Of a stretch of 64,000 bases of DNA, positions 11,813-22,035 are shown in pieces. The notes under the pieces are model-generated. The model was not told where the DNA came from, ran no database searches, and worked only from the letters and a program-made list of their open reading frames with translations. Origin of the DNA: Blepharisma stoltei ATCC 30299 (Eukaryota; Protista; Ciliophora); NCBI GenBank assembly GCA_965603825.1, contig CBFDEM010000005.1, positions 248,001-312,000 of the forward strand, written 5' to 3'. Position 1 is the stretch's first letter, and each line of letters starts with the position of its first letter. Made by a program: the position numbers and the translations under genes.

Positions 11813-12935
11813 CTAATTGCTCTCATATCGCGTAAAATTGCAGCAGCTCCAATGTCCAAAATTTCCTTTATATGTGCAGCCCCCTCCGCAATTTCCACAA
11901 CCACAATGGCTTTCTGTGCAGATTTTATCTTTCGCTAGCCATGAATAAATAAACTTCTTGATTGGCATAGGTCTTTGGCATCGAGCATGTCAAAAGCCTG
12001 TATGATCCGATTTACACTCACTTTCCTTAATTTCGCTTAGACAGCAAGTTCAATGTCCATTCATACCTTCATAACCGCAATTTGTCCCTCCTTCTATTTT
12101 TCCACATGAGTTGCAAGCACATTTAGTAAGCGTGCAATTTTCAGAGCAAGGGTTGTGCCACTCTTCGTGATGATCTCTTGGATTTCCATGTAGCAGCTTT
12201 ATTGCAGCTCGATCTCCTGCAGAAAACGTTGTTGCTCTACCAGCTATCTTTCTCAGTTCTTTATTCCTATCAAAAGATAACCCACACTCAGGATAGTACA
12301 TCAACGAAAAATAATCATATCCTCCAATTGGAATTCCTTTAGCATTATAGAAAAAAAAATCCTAAATGAAATTTTTCAATGAGATTAGGGAGGAGTTAAT
12401 TGACGATCTGGAGAAATTACTTGAAAAAAGCAAGACTTTAAGGTTTAATAGTTATAATTAATTTTAGTTTTTTAACATCATAATCGAATCCCTCTTCTAC
12501 GACTTTTAAGTGTTCATCTCTATCATTTCTTTGATGTTCATGCCTAAATCCAGCACAATGCATCATTTCATGTAAAATACACTCTTCTAGCACTTCTGAT
12601 CCATCAGGGTAGAACTCTGGGAGACTTATTACTTGATCTTGAATATGCAAGCATCCAATATCAGCTTTAGGGCATCCTCCGCTTTTATCTTGAATAAAAG
12701 TAACCCAATAAGATTGATTTGATGCCAGTTTGAATACACAATGAGGGAAATTCACTCTATTTCAATGGTTTATTGCTTCATATACCTTTTCAAGCAGTGC
12801 TTGACTTTCAAAGATTTCTATCTTGAAGAAAATTTCTCCGTTCGGTCAGCATAGTTGATATATGTTATTTAAATCATTGAAACCTTCTTCCTTATAGTTT
12901 CCTTGAAAATTTGCATAATTTGCATGGCAAGCCAT
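11813..12935 (-). pseudogene. Astacin-family protease copy 2, interrupted by a 133-bp insert (a 329-aa ORF if the insert is removed)
   Basis: Same motifs as copy 1 (HEMMHCAGFRHEHQRNDRD, SLMYY). Frameshifting insert at 12342-12474. A 25-bp deletion near the 3' end relative to copy 1 gives an earlier TAG at 11813-11815. Could be a functional gene if the insert is a germline IES. Confidence 0.75.
12342..12474. mobile_element. 133-bp insertion flanked by a TTTA direct repeat (TA-bounded, IES-like)
   Basis: Copy 1 reads GGAATTCC-TTTA-ACATCA. Copy 2 has TTTA at 12338-12341, then foreign sequence ending in a second TTTA at 12471-12474, then ACATCA. No terminal inverted repeats and no GT-AG ends. 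The insertion itself is clear; its identity as an IES is uncertain. Confidence 0.5.
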
Positions 12936-13525
12936 CTTTCTCTTTCCCCTACCCCCATATAAAATCTTTTAATTATAATCTATTATATTATTCAGATAAT
13001 TATTAAGAATAGCTCAAGTTATTCAAAGATTCCACTTTTATATCAAAATAATAACTTTATAATTAATTATTATTGATTCAAACTCATATTTATGCTTTAA
13101 AAGCCTAATCATATAAGATCGGTTTTTCATATTTTCTGATTTATTTAGAAAGTAAATTTACTTATTATAAAAATGTAGAAAATTGTTGAATATGAAAATG
13201 TTATTTATTCAAAGCCCTGAGATATCCTTTATTGATAATTTATATGACTGAAATTCTAACTAAAAATAGTTATAGTTTATTTATTTTTAGTTTTCGTCCA
13301 TTAACTGGAAAAATGCTCTTCCAATAGTTTCCTAATTTAATAATCTCTATAACAAGATTCCTTATTTCTTTATTTGTTTCACCAATCAGTTTTCTGTGCT
13401 TAAAAACTACATAATCTTCTCAAATCTAAAGATACATAGAACTATTTCACTTAAATGCAATTGATAATAATCCTCCTTTCTTTTATAAATTTACTCTAAT
13501 TCTCCATAAATATAACGTTTTTCAA

Positions 13526-13987
13526 TTATATGAGCTTCATCCTCAATCTTGGACTAGCATCATCAATATTGTTCACCATTTTTTTGATCTTCCACCCTTT
13601 TCATGGGTAAACACACTCCTTCCTAATGTTTCTTAGCACTGCAATTTGTGTAATCCTGTTCAATCATTTCATCATCTGCACAGCCTTTATCTTTATCAAC
13701 ATACTTATCACTTCCAGCTCTTTGCCCTTTTTCATACTAGCATGAAAATAAATAAGACCTTCATTGTTCCTTCTGGTTTGAGGCTTACCATGTGAATCTC
13801 ACCCAGATTTCCTCTTCAAATGCTTTGAGGACTTCATTTTCTCGATACTCTCATAATACTCAAAATCCACATAACCCTTGCAGTTTCCACGATCTTTATC
13901 GTTTTCATAATCTTCATAGCCTCCATAATTTTCATATTCCTCATGGCTGTCATAATCCCCACAATCTTCATAGTCTTCATAATTCAT
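13526..13987 (-). CDS. Hypothetical Tyr/Glu/Asp-repeat protein, or a degenerate pseudogene
   Basis: With TGA=Trp, ORF 13799-13987 extends to TAA 13526-13528 (153 aa). The repeat frame begins upstream of the ATG, after a TAA near 14051, which suggests frameshift decay. Confidence 0.35.
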
Positions 13988-14030
13988 ATAATTTTCATAT
14001 CCTTCGTAATCTTCAAACTCTTCAGAAGAA
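13890..14030. repeat. Degenerate 9-bp tandem repeat (minus-strand consensus TATGAAGAT)
   Basis: Plus strand shows repeated TCATAATCT/TCATAGTCT/TCATATTCC/TCATAATTT units. Confidence 0.8.
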
Positions 14031-14182
14031 TAATCAAAAAGATATAGATCTTAGGAAGCGGAGGTTGCGCAGGCTGGATTTTGGCTTATATGGAGGAGTA
14101 GATCATTCTCCAAAAGGATTTATATGTTTTCAGTTGTGCCAAAGTTTGTTTCAACAAAAAATTTTAATAGGCATGATTTAAA

Positions 14183-15655
14183 ATGATAAGTCCATACAAC
14201 CGAACATTTGCTAGTTCGTCAAAAATTAACACCACTCTCCGAGAGCCAGAAGTAGACACTTTACAAAGGCAGTTAGATTCATTAACTATCAAACTTGAGC
14301 ATGAGCGCCGACAGTCTTCATATCTAGACGAGCAGATTAGATTAGCAGAGCTCGATTTAAAAGGAAAAACTGATAAAGATAGCGCTGCAAAACAAAATCC
14401 AGGCAAATCCCTCCAGTTTAAGCTTCAAAAACTTGAACGAAAGCTTTGCCTTGAGCTTAATCAGTGCAACGATACTGCTAATGAGAACAATGAGCTTAAA
14501 TTACAAATAGAAGAACACAGAAGAGATAAAATGCATTATAAGCGAAATTTAGATTCCCTTAAAGAAGATATGATTAGATACTCTATCAAGGCTAAGGTGC
14601 AGAATAAAGAAACAAGAAAAGGCTCTGAATCTGTAGATAGGCAAAGAGAAAAAATTCAAATGATGAGAAGCAGAAGTGTATTACTTAGAAATAAGTACGG
14701 AAATAGGGTAACTCAACTTCAAAGTGTATTGAGAGAAGAAAGAGCAAGCAGATTCAGATTTATCAAAGAAATCGAAAATTCTAACATTCAAAAAGCTAAT
14801 TTAGGAATAGCTGACACAATTAATGGCTTATTAGCAAGATGAAAAAGAATTTGTAAAGGCAAGAAGAAGGCTTTGGATTTTTATATAAAAAATATTAAGG
14901 TACTAGAAAACGCGTTTGATCAAATTAGAGAAGCCACTGGGATGGCAAGAATTGAAGAAATTGTAACAGCTTTTATTAAAAGTGAAGATCAGAATTATGA
15001 ATTGTGCTCATACATTAATAAGCTGAACTCAGAAATCGATTCGCTTGAAGAAGCTCTTAAAAGAAGCACTCAATTTATGACTTCTTATCAAGAGTCTAAA
15101 GATTCAAGAGATAAAAAAGGAAATGATTACAAAAGTAATCTTGAAAATCGGTTTGCTCGTGTTAAGCGTAAAAATTCTCAAAAAATTTCACAACTCTTTG
15201 CTGTTCAGAATGGGACAAATGCAATCGGCCCTGTGATTTGAAAAATCCAAGTTCTTTGCAAGTCAACATCTTTAGATATCAGATTTCCAAGCTCACATAA
15301 TTTTAATAATGAAGAATCGTTATCAGAGGATCATTTGGTTACTGCACTTGGGGAAATTGAAGAATATATAAATTACATTTTACTTCTTCAAAACCAAGAC
15401 CAAGGCGAATTAAACACAACTTTGAAAACTATTCCTCTTGATATTTTAAATGAAAAAAGCTTTGAGAAAAAGCCTCCAGCTATTGATAACATCTTTTTAA
15501 CTACCAGTGATCTTTACGATGAGCATACACTAGATGAATTCCACCATCCACTTACAACGAGTGATCTTCAGTTAAAAGCAAGAACTATTTATGACGCGTC
15601 TCTAACATTTGATACTTCAGCTAAAAAAACTGGCTTTAAATTCGATAATATATAA
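14183..15655 (+). CDS. Outer dynein arm docking complex subunit, ODA1/DC2 (CCDC63/CCDC114)-like coiled-coil protein (490 aa)
   Basis: LENAFDQIREATG..IEEIVTAFIKSEDQNYELCSYINKLNSEID and LKLQIEEHRRDK motifs. TGA 14840 and 15239 join three same-frame ORFs; ends TAA. Confidence 0.8.
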
Positions 15656-15733
15656 ATAATTTTCATTTTATAATGAAAATAAGCCTTTATGCTTCTGCTG
15701 ATTATAATAATTATTTTTAAAGTATTTAAATAA

Positions 15734-17092
15734 TTAGCTAATTTTAGCATTTCTTTTATTTTGCAAAATCGGTGCGTACTTTTTTTGTGTGTTTCTACTT
15801 TTTAAAATCCTATGAGTTTCAAATATGTTACTATTAAGCCTCCTAGTAGGGGGTATAGGCTTCATTGAGATTCCTTTTTCAGCTAGAGTTAACTTTATAT
15901 TTTGCATTTCTTTTTCTCATAATGCTGAGCTTCTGATTTTCAGCTTTCCTGTTCCTTTACAGTATCCAGTAACAGTATCTGAGTCTGTTTGCGCAAGCAC
16001 AACATGCATATTCCCACATAATTCTTTAAGATCTTTTGAAGTGATACCCTTTGGTAACCCTTGCAATGAATACTCAGCAGTCTTTGGTTCATCTTTTGGT
16101 AAAGCCCCATACGATTGACTGCTCATTAAACATTCATGAATTTGTGAAGAATTGTGGCGATCATGGGGATTAAAATCAGCAGGTGGCTTAGATTTAAGGT
16201 TTTCTACAGGTTTATTTGAATATTGTGTAGTTTCTCCTGTAATCGGATTGATTGGCATTTTATCGATTTCTCCAACAGAAAATGATCTTGAGTGACCTTT
16301 CCTTTGGACTTCAAAAATCCTCCCAAATAAATTCGAAGATAAAGGATTTTTCTTTTTCGCTTCATCGTTTTCACTAGCACATTCTTGTATTTTTGGATAG
16401 TCGTATTTTTTATTACAAAAAATATTTGAATCCAGCATTTCATATTTTCGTTTTTCAGGCTTAAATTCTAATTTTTCTTCTATATCTGGAGTACAGCTCA
16501 TTGAATGCACTCTTCTATGTTTTGTCTCAGCAAAGATTTGAGATGCCATGTTGAAATCCCTTCGTTCTTTAGGGTTCATACTGCCAGTCTCTTGGCGATA
16601 AGAAAGATTATTTAGTTTGCTTTCACTTGAAGGCACCGAAAACGAGCCATTCACTCCATAAAATTCTTTGCTAAACCTAACCTGAGGAGACTCTTCTCTA
16701 TATTTCGGTTCAAATTCTGTCTTTTTAGGTGTTTCTTGGTGTAATACAGGCTTCCTAAACGTCCTAGTAGAAACCGATCTAACGAATTTATTTGAATTAA
16801 CAGCTTGCATCAAAGCTCCATCTAAAACCTGACTTTTCGCATAATCATAATGATGTCTTTGGCTTGGCTTGCTTGGCATTTCTTTATCAATGGTTTCGCT
16901 TTCTTTAGACCTATAATGATGTTTCTGACTGTTCAAAATTAACGATTGCTTTCCGTTAGCTTCATTTTCAATTGTCGACTCTTGAAGAGCATCATATGAA
17001 TAAGACCTTCTATGTGCAGCATTAATCGGGGCATAATTATCTTTAAAAATTGTCGATTGAAGTCCTGCAAACTTCCGAGCTCTAGCTTCCAT
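15734..17092 (-). CDS. Hypothetical protein with a possible degenerate RRM-like segment near the C-terminus (452 aa)
   Basis: ORF 15917-17092 is extended through TGA to TAA 15734-15736. The segment YSLQGLPKGITSKDLKELC..TGYCKGTGKLKI is RRM-like. Confidence 0.7.
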
Positions 17093-17115
17093 GTTTAATT
17101 AAATATCTTTTGCAT

Positions 17116-19368
17116 TTAATAAACTTCAAAATCATTATTTATTATGTCTTCAATTTCTTCTTTTTTAGCACGAAAATACATTTCTCTCATGTTGGCGAAC
17201 ATTGAGCTTTGCTTGCGATGGCCAGTATTTAGAGAGCTGTTTGGGGAATTTTTCTTGTAGTAGGAAATTGAGTTGTTGAATTCACAGTATTTATTTGTGC
17301 GCTTCATTTCTTTTAATTTTTCTAAAGGCTTTTCTTCATCAAGGAGTTTTTCTATTTTATTATCGAGCATCCTTTTATTGCGAGCTTCCATAGCTTCTTT
17401 GAGGTTTTTTTCGTAGTCGAGCTTTTCCTTTTCTGTGTAGGCTTTGTAACAGTTGTTGCAGACCATTACTCCTTCATAGAGTCTTGGATTAAGAAGCTCA
17501 GTTATGTTGTTTGTATCTTTTAATTTATCAATTAAAAGGCTTTTTCTAAGAATCATTTTTCCCTTTTCTTGCTTTTCTACTATTGATGCTACCTTTGTAG
17601 AATTCTCGCTGGTTCTTGAAAACTTTTTTCTGATTCCACAGTATTCTCCAGGGCAAAAAAACTTCGGGTTCTTTGAATACACAAAACTTGCTGACTCATT
17701 TTGTAGCTGGGTACATTTATAAGTAAAAATTTTTAAGAAATAAAATTTTTTATCTCTATCCTCAGAAAAGTCTAAAACTAGCTCAGAGAGTTTTAAATTT
17801 TCTTTAGCAAGAATTACTTTGTTTATATGCTCTCTTATTTCATGAAGCTGCCTTACTGCATCTGCATAGCTCTGATTCATTTTTATTTCGTAAATAATGG
17901 TTTTTTCTGGGATATCCGATTCAGTGCAGTACATATTTCTCAATTTATTGATATAATAATTAGATAAAGCTCTCTCATCAACCAGAATTTCTTCGTTTTT
18001 ATATGCATCAAACTGTTTGCCATAGTTTAATTCATGATATAGTGCTTTTAAGGATAAGCCTGGATATGATTTTGATGAGCTTAAATATTCCTCAAAATCT
18101 TCTGCTATTTGGTGCTGGGTTTTCTGTTTCCTTAAGACTGCGAAGGAGGAGTTTGACATATTTTCTGTATCCATACCTGAATAATCAGTTTCATTTTTGC
18201 TAACACTTCTAGCTAGTCTTAGTGGTGATTTTTTATTTAAATCTTCAGAGTAAGTCGCACTTCGAAAAGTGTCGTCAAATGAACCCATTTCTACTAGTTT
18301 ACCCATTAAGCCTTTTTCTTTAGCAAAAAATTTATCGAGGGGCATTAAGTAAGAGTCCTGAAGAGATTTTTTAATTAAAACTGGGCTATGTCTTGATGAT
18401 TTTTCAGGAGTTCTGATCACTTGAATTTCAATTTTTTCTGAATTTGATGGCTCTTTTGTATCTTCATACTTTTTTTGAACTATTTTTGTGTGATTTGTAA
18501 GAGGAATTCCTTCTCTTCCATATCTCTTATACGCCTCTTTTGGGCTGCACACATAATAAACGCTATCCAATGCATTATATTCCTTTTTCCCATCTAACCT
18601 ATCTTTATTAGTAATTGTAAAAATTTTTAACTCTTTTAAACTCCACATGATCCTTATCTTAAAAGCTTTCCTCCCTTTCGGCAAAATATATCTCTGTATA
18701 ACTGCTTCATGTTTATATGCATCTTTTAGTTCATATTTAATTTCATTTGCCTTCATAAAGATCCTATCATAATGACTGTCAGGAGTTTTCATTATCGCAA
18801 GAGGACTAATTAGGTTAGATTTTCTATGGGCTTCAAATATTCTAATAATAGTATATATCTGTGAGGCTACCAAAGAGGTCTTGATTTTTAAACTCCCATC
18901 AAAATCAGTATAAATTAAGCTAGGAGATTCAAATCCATATCCAAAAATCAATGTATCTGGAACGTTGATATTCAAACGGCAGTGCTCTAAAAGTACTGAT
19001 AGTGTTTTGAAGCTAAAAACTCCAGATTGTATTACAGACCGTGGAGAAATATCAGCCGATTTGGAATATTTCTGAATTAAATTTCTTTCTCTAATTCGTT
19101 GCACTTCTAAGCCTGATTTAGGCTTGGAAAGCCAAATTTTCTGGGCAGACTGTGAAAAGCTTTTACGGGACCTTGGGACTGATCTTTTGAGATTTTTGCC
19201 CTCCTCTAATAAATCTAAATTTGTGTAGGTTTTATTGGGTATTGCTTTTAGAGATAATTGAAGTTTTAAATTCGAGTCTGAAGAAGGAAGACGAGCACGC
19301 CTCTTCATTTGAGCTGACTTCAGCAAAGATAAATGTGCTGTAATTTTTGAAAAATGTGATTCTGCCAT
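17116..19368 (-). CDS. Hypothetical protein (750 aa) with Cys clusters CPGEYC and VCNNCY
   Basis: Long uninterrupted ATG-to-TAA ORF. Confidence 0.8.
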   Translation of the reverse strand: MAESHFSKITAHLSLLKSAQMKRRARLPSSDSNLKLQLSLKAIPNKTYTNLDLLEEGKNLKRSVPRSRKSFSQSAQKIWLSKPKSGLEVQRIRERNLIQKYSKSADISPRSVIQSGVFSFKTLSVLLEHCRLNINVPDTLIFGYGFESPSLIYTDFDGSLKIKTSLVASQIYTIIRIFEAHRKSNLISPLAIMKTPDSHYDRIFMKANEIKYELKDAYKHEAVIQRYILPKGRKAFKIRIMWSLKELKIFTITNKDRLDGKKEYNALDSVYYVCSPKEAYKRYGREGIPLTNHTKIVQKKYEDTKEPSNSEKIEIQVIRTPEKSSRHSPVLIKKSLQDSYLMPLDKFFAKEKGLMGKLVEMGSFDDTFRSATYSEDLNKKSPLRLARSVSKNETDYSGMDTENMSNSSFAVLRKQKTQHQIAEDFEEYLSSSKSYPGLSLKALYHELNYGKQFDAYKNEEILVDERALSNYYINKLRNMYCTESDIPEKTIIYEIKMNQSYADAVRQLHEIREHINKVILAKENLKLSELVLDFSEDRDKKFYFLKIFTYKCTQLQNESASFVYSKNPKFFCPGEYCGIRKKFSRTSENSTKVASIVEKQEKGKMILRKSLLIDKLKDTNNITELLNPRLYEGVMVCNNCYKAYTEKEKLDYEKNLKEAMEARNKRMLDNKIEKLLDEEKPLEKLKEMKRTNKYCEFNNSISYYKKNSPNSSLNTGHRKQSSMFANMREMYFRAKKEEIEDIINNDFEVY

Positions 19369-19416
19369 TATATCTTCTACTTATAGCATATATTAGAGAT
19401 AATTTTTAGTTATATA

Positions 19417-20802
19417 CTAAGGCTTTTTAGCTTGTCTAGGAGATCTTCTAGCTTGCAGTGATGGAGTTGAAGTGGTTGTAGATTTTGAAGGAATTTTTGC
19501 GGTGGCTGCATTTGGCGAAGTTGTCGTGATAGTTGAAGAAGGGAATTTTTGAGCGTCTTTAGTTGCGAATTCCTTTGCATAGTCATCATAAAATGTTCTT
19601 AGACGGAAGGTTTTTCTATTCACATCTCTCACATCATTTGCGGCATTTAGCAAGCTCATGTAGTCAATTAAATTGAAAAGCTCCTTATCATTTTTATCCT
19701 CATGCCAAGAAATAATTGGGATCCCATTATCTACCTGGAATCCAAACGAATAAGCTGCGTTATCTATAATCACCATATCCTGCAATCTTCTATTCGCAAA
19801 AATCCTCAGATCTTTGACATAAATCCCGTCAATAAGTAGACAGGATTCTCTATATAGTCTATGGTGTATCAAATCTCTATAAGGGTCAAGATAATCAAGA
19901 ACCATATCAGCATAGCATTTATGACTAGCTGTGAACACAACCACTTCAAATAATTTATTCGCCTCCGTCAAGCACTCTTTCGCAAAAGGTCTGATATTAA
20001 TCCCTGCATTAATTAAGTCTCCTGTCGGATAAAGCACGGGCAAAACTACGTCACAGGCACTGAGGTTTTCAGTGCAATGCACCAAGGTTTCATCTAAATC
20101 GAATATAATTGTTTTTTTGTTTTCCCATCCTACTCTTTTTGGAAGAGTAACTCTTCTATCTCTTAATTGGACTGGGTCGGGGTTGGTAAGGGTTCTCACA
20201 AACTTCATGGCTTGGAATGTCTGAAATAGATGCTCTTTGTATAGGATCTCTGATTGATATTTATGCTCTTCGCTGGAATCTGGCTGGGATAAAGTTGGAC
20301 GTTTTACTCTGGTGACGATGCTGTCAAGGTCTATTGCTTTTTTTGGTGAAGCTGATTCTGGCACTTCTACTGACTTGCTCAATGGTCTTGGAAGTGCTCT
20401 TGTGCTCTTGCTTTTGCCTTTTGCTGACAAAGAGCTGGAATGAGGCTGAATTTGATAACTCACTGGGCTTTTGAGAGCTTCTTTTGTCTCAACCTTTGGG
20501 GTATTAGACGTGATTGGGGTTGGGATTGAATTAGCGGATTCTTTTGGCTTTGCGGGCTCTACTGCACTTTTTGGGCGAGCTGCTGGGGTCGCAGGTTTTG
20601 CACCTTTGTTTGGAGACATTGAGGATAATAGGTTTTGGAAATTTTTGAGGGTAAGTGCTTTAGGAGAGTTTTTCTCAAACTTAGGAGGGGCTGGGGCAGG
20701 TTTTTGCCCTTTTGCACCTTCTGAAACCTCAATAGTCAATTTTTGAAGCTTAGACACAGACTTGGAAGAGATAACTTTGGGATTCTTGGGTGAGGTTGAC
20801 AT
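19417..20802 (-). CDS. NIF/SCP (FCP1-family) HAD phosphatase, CTD small phosphatase-like (461 aa)
   Basis: FDLDETLVH, IRPF, VVVFTAS...YAD.VLDYLDP, RLYRESC, YVKDL, IIDN, NGIPI; Ser/Pro/Lys-rich N-terminus. Confidence 0.95.
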   Translation of the reverse strand: MSTSPKNPKVISSKSVSKLQKLTIEVSEGAKGQKPAPAPPKFEKNSPKALTLKNFQNLLSSMSPNKGAKPATPAARPKSAVEPAKPKESANSIPTPITSNTPKVETKEALKSPVSYQIQPHSSSLSAKGKSKSTRALPRPLSKSVEVPESASPKKAIDLDSIVTRVKRPTLSQPDSSEEHKYQSEILYKEHLFQTFQAMKFVRTLTNPDPVQLRDRRVTLPKRVGWENKKTIIFDLDETLVHCTENLSACDVVLPVLYPTGDLINAGINIRPFAKECLTEANKLFEVVVFTASHKCYADMVLDYLDPYRDLIHHRLYRESCLLIDGIYVKDLRIFANRRLQDMVIIDNAAYSFGFQVDNGIPIISWHEDKNDKELFNLIDYMSLLNAANDVRDVNRKTFRLRTFYDDYAKEFATKDAQKFPSSTITTTSPNAATAKIPSKSTTTSTPSLQARRSPRQAKKP

Positions 20803-21403
20803 TTATCAATGATTTTTTATTGCTTTCGAATTAGTGCAAGAAAATTATTTTAATTCATATAAGAGCCTTAAAAGTCCGATAATAATTCTGAAAAAGAAAA
20901 TTATAATTCCATTTGTCTATGTGAATAAAATATCTGTAAAATAAATTGATTTTTTTGCATTATTTTTTTTTCATACAAAACTATTGTCAGATTTTAGTAT
21001 TTCTCAAAATCTTAAAGGATTAACTATTGGGTAATAAAATATTGGCTCAAAATCTTTCAGTTTGGATCTCTTAAAACTAAATCTATGCTGTTTAATTCGA
21101 TTTTCAGTTAATTATTTTTTTATCTAATTAGGATTCATTAATGTTGTAAATATCATTGCAGGTCTTTGTCTGCTTATAAGATTATTAAGATTATCATAAT
21201 TTATATTAATTTTTTGATATACTCTGGCTTCTCTGTGTGTGTCTTATATTATCTTAGATTAATTTTTTTTTAAAAATTTTTTAATATTTGCTTGAAATTT
21301 GAGACAAATGACAAAATTATCAGTGATATATAAACATTAATTATCTATTGCTTCTTTCTTAAAAACAAATAACTATAAATTTAGATAATAATTCTAATCA
21401 AAT

Positions 21404-22015
21404 ATGAGCAAAAGGTTACAAACTCGTACAATAAATTTTCCTAGATTAGCTGATTACGAAGCACTATCAGCCTGCACATCTCCACCTACAAGATCTTCAA
21501 TTTCATCAGGTGGCCACGATTCTCCAGATCTTGACGATGTATTTTTCAAGACTGCGTCCCCTAAAGCCTTGAATTTACAAATTCCTCTTCGAAAACATAA
21601 TACCCCATCTCCAAAAAGTATATCCTCTCCTAAGCAGATTGGCTTAATGAGAGCATATCAAGCATATTTTTCAAAACCGAAAAAGAATAAAATTAAAGAA
21701 ACCCCAAAGCAAAGTAATGTCACAAATGAGCTGGCCTCAGCAATGCAAGAAAAATTCGAATTAGAAGTGCAGGTCGCAAGACTTAGATTTGAGCTGCAAA
21801 AAGGAAACTTGGAAAATAAAAAATTAAAAGAAAAAGAGAAAACAATTGAAAGTTTGAATAAACATCTGAATGAACTGATGGAAGAAAACAAAATATTGAA
21901 AGAAAAGAAAAATAAAGTGAAAAAGAGAGTAAATATAGAAGATTTAGGCAGGATTACTAGGAGTATGGAAGAATTCAAAAAGAAATTCATGAGCTTTCTT
22001 AATAACTATAGCTAA
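21404..22015 (+). CDS. Hypothetical coiled-coil protein (203 aa)
   Basis: ATG-to-TAA ORF with a C-terminal heptad pattern. Confidence 0.7.
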   Translation: MSKRLQTRTINFPRLADYEALSACTSPPTRSSISSGGHDSPDLDDVFFKTASPKALNLQIPLRKHNTPSPKSISSPKQIGLMRAYQAYFSKPKKNKIKETPKQSNVTNELASAMQEKFELEVQVARLRFELQKGNLENKKLKEKEKTIESLNKHLNELMEENKILKEKKNKVKKRVNIEDLGRITRSMEEFKKKFMSFLNNYS

Positions 22016-22035
22016 TTGTACATGAATTGCACATG

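Larger units (their letters stand above)
9335..13422. repeat. Tandem segmental duplication: unit 1 about 9335-11117, unit 2 about 11555-13422, each with an astacin gene plus flanks
   Basis: Near-identical coding sequence. Non-coding flanks are colinear, e.g. AATTATAATCTATTATATTATTCAGATAATTATTAAGAATAGCTCAAGTTATTCAAA at about 10655 and 12971. Boundaries are approximate. Confidence 0.9.

Noticed and set aside
12936-12952. Possible 17-nt intron GTAGGGGAAAGAGAAAG that would give astacin copy 2 an MG start from ATG 12958
   Set aside because: It is purine-rich, 17 nt long and ends AAG, unlike the ten AT-rich GTA...TAG introns. Not excluded, but unsupported.
13773-13788. Possible 16-nt intron GTAAGCCTCAAACCAG in the YED-repeat ORF
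   Set aside because: Not needed to keep the frame, and splicing leads to an early TAG.
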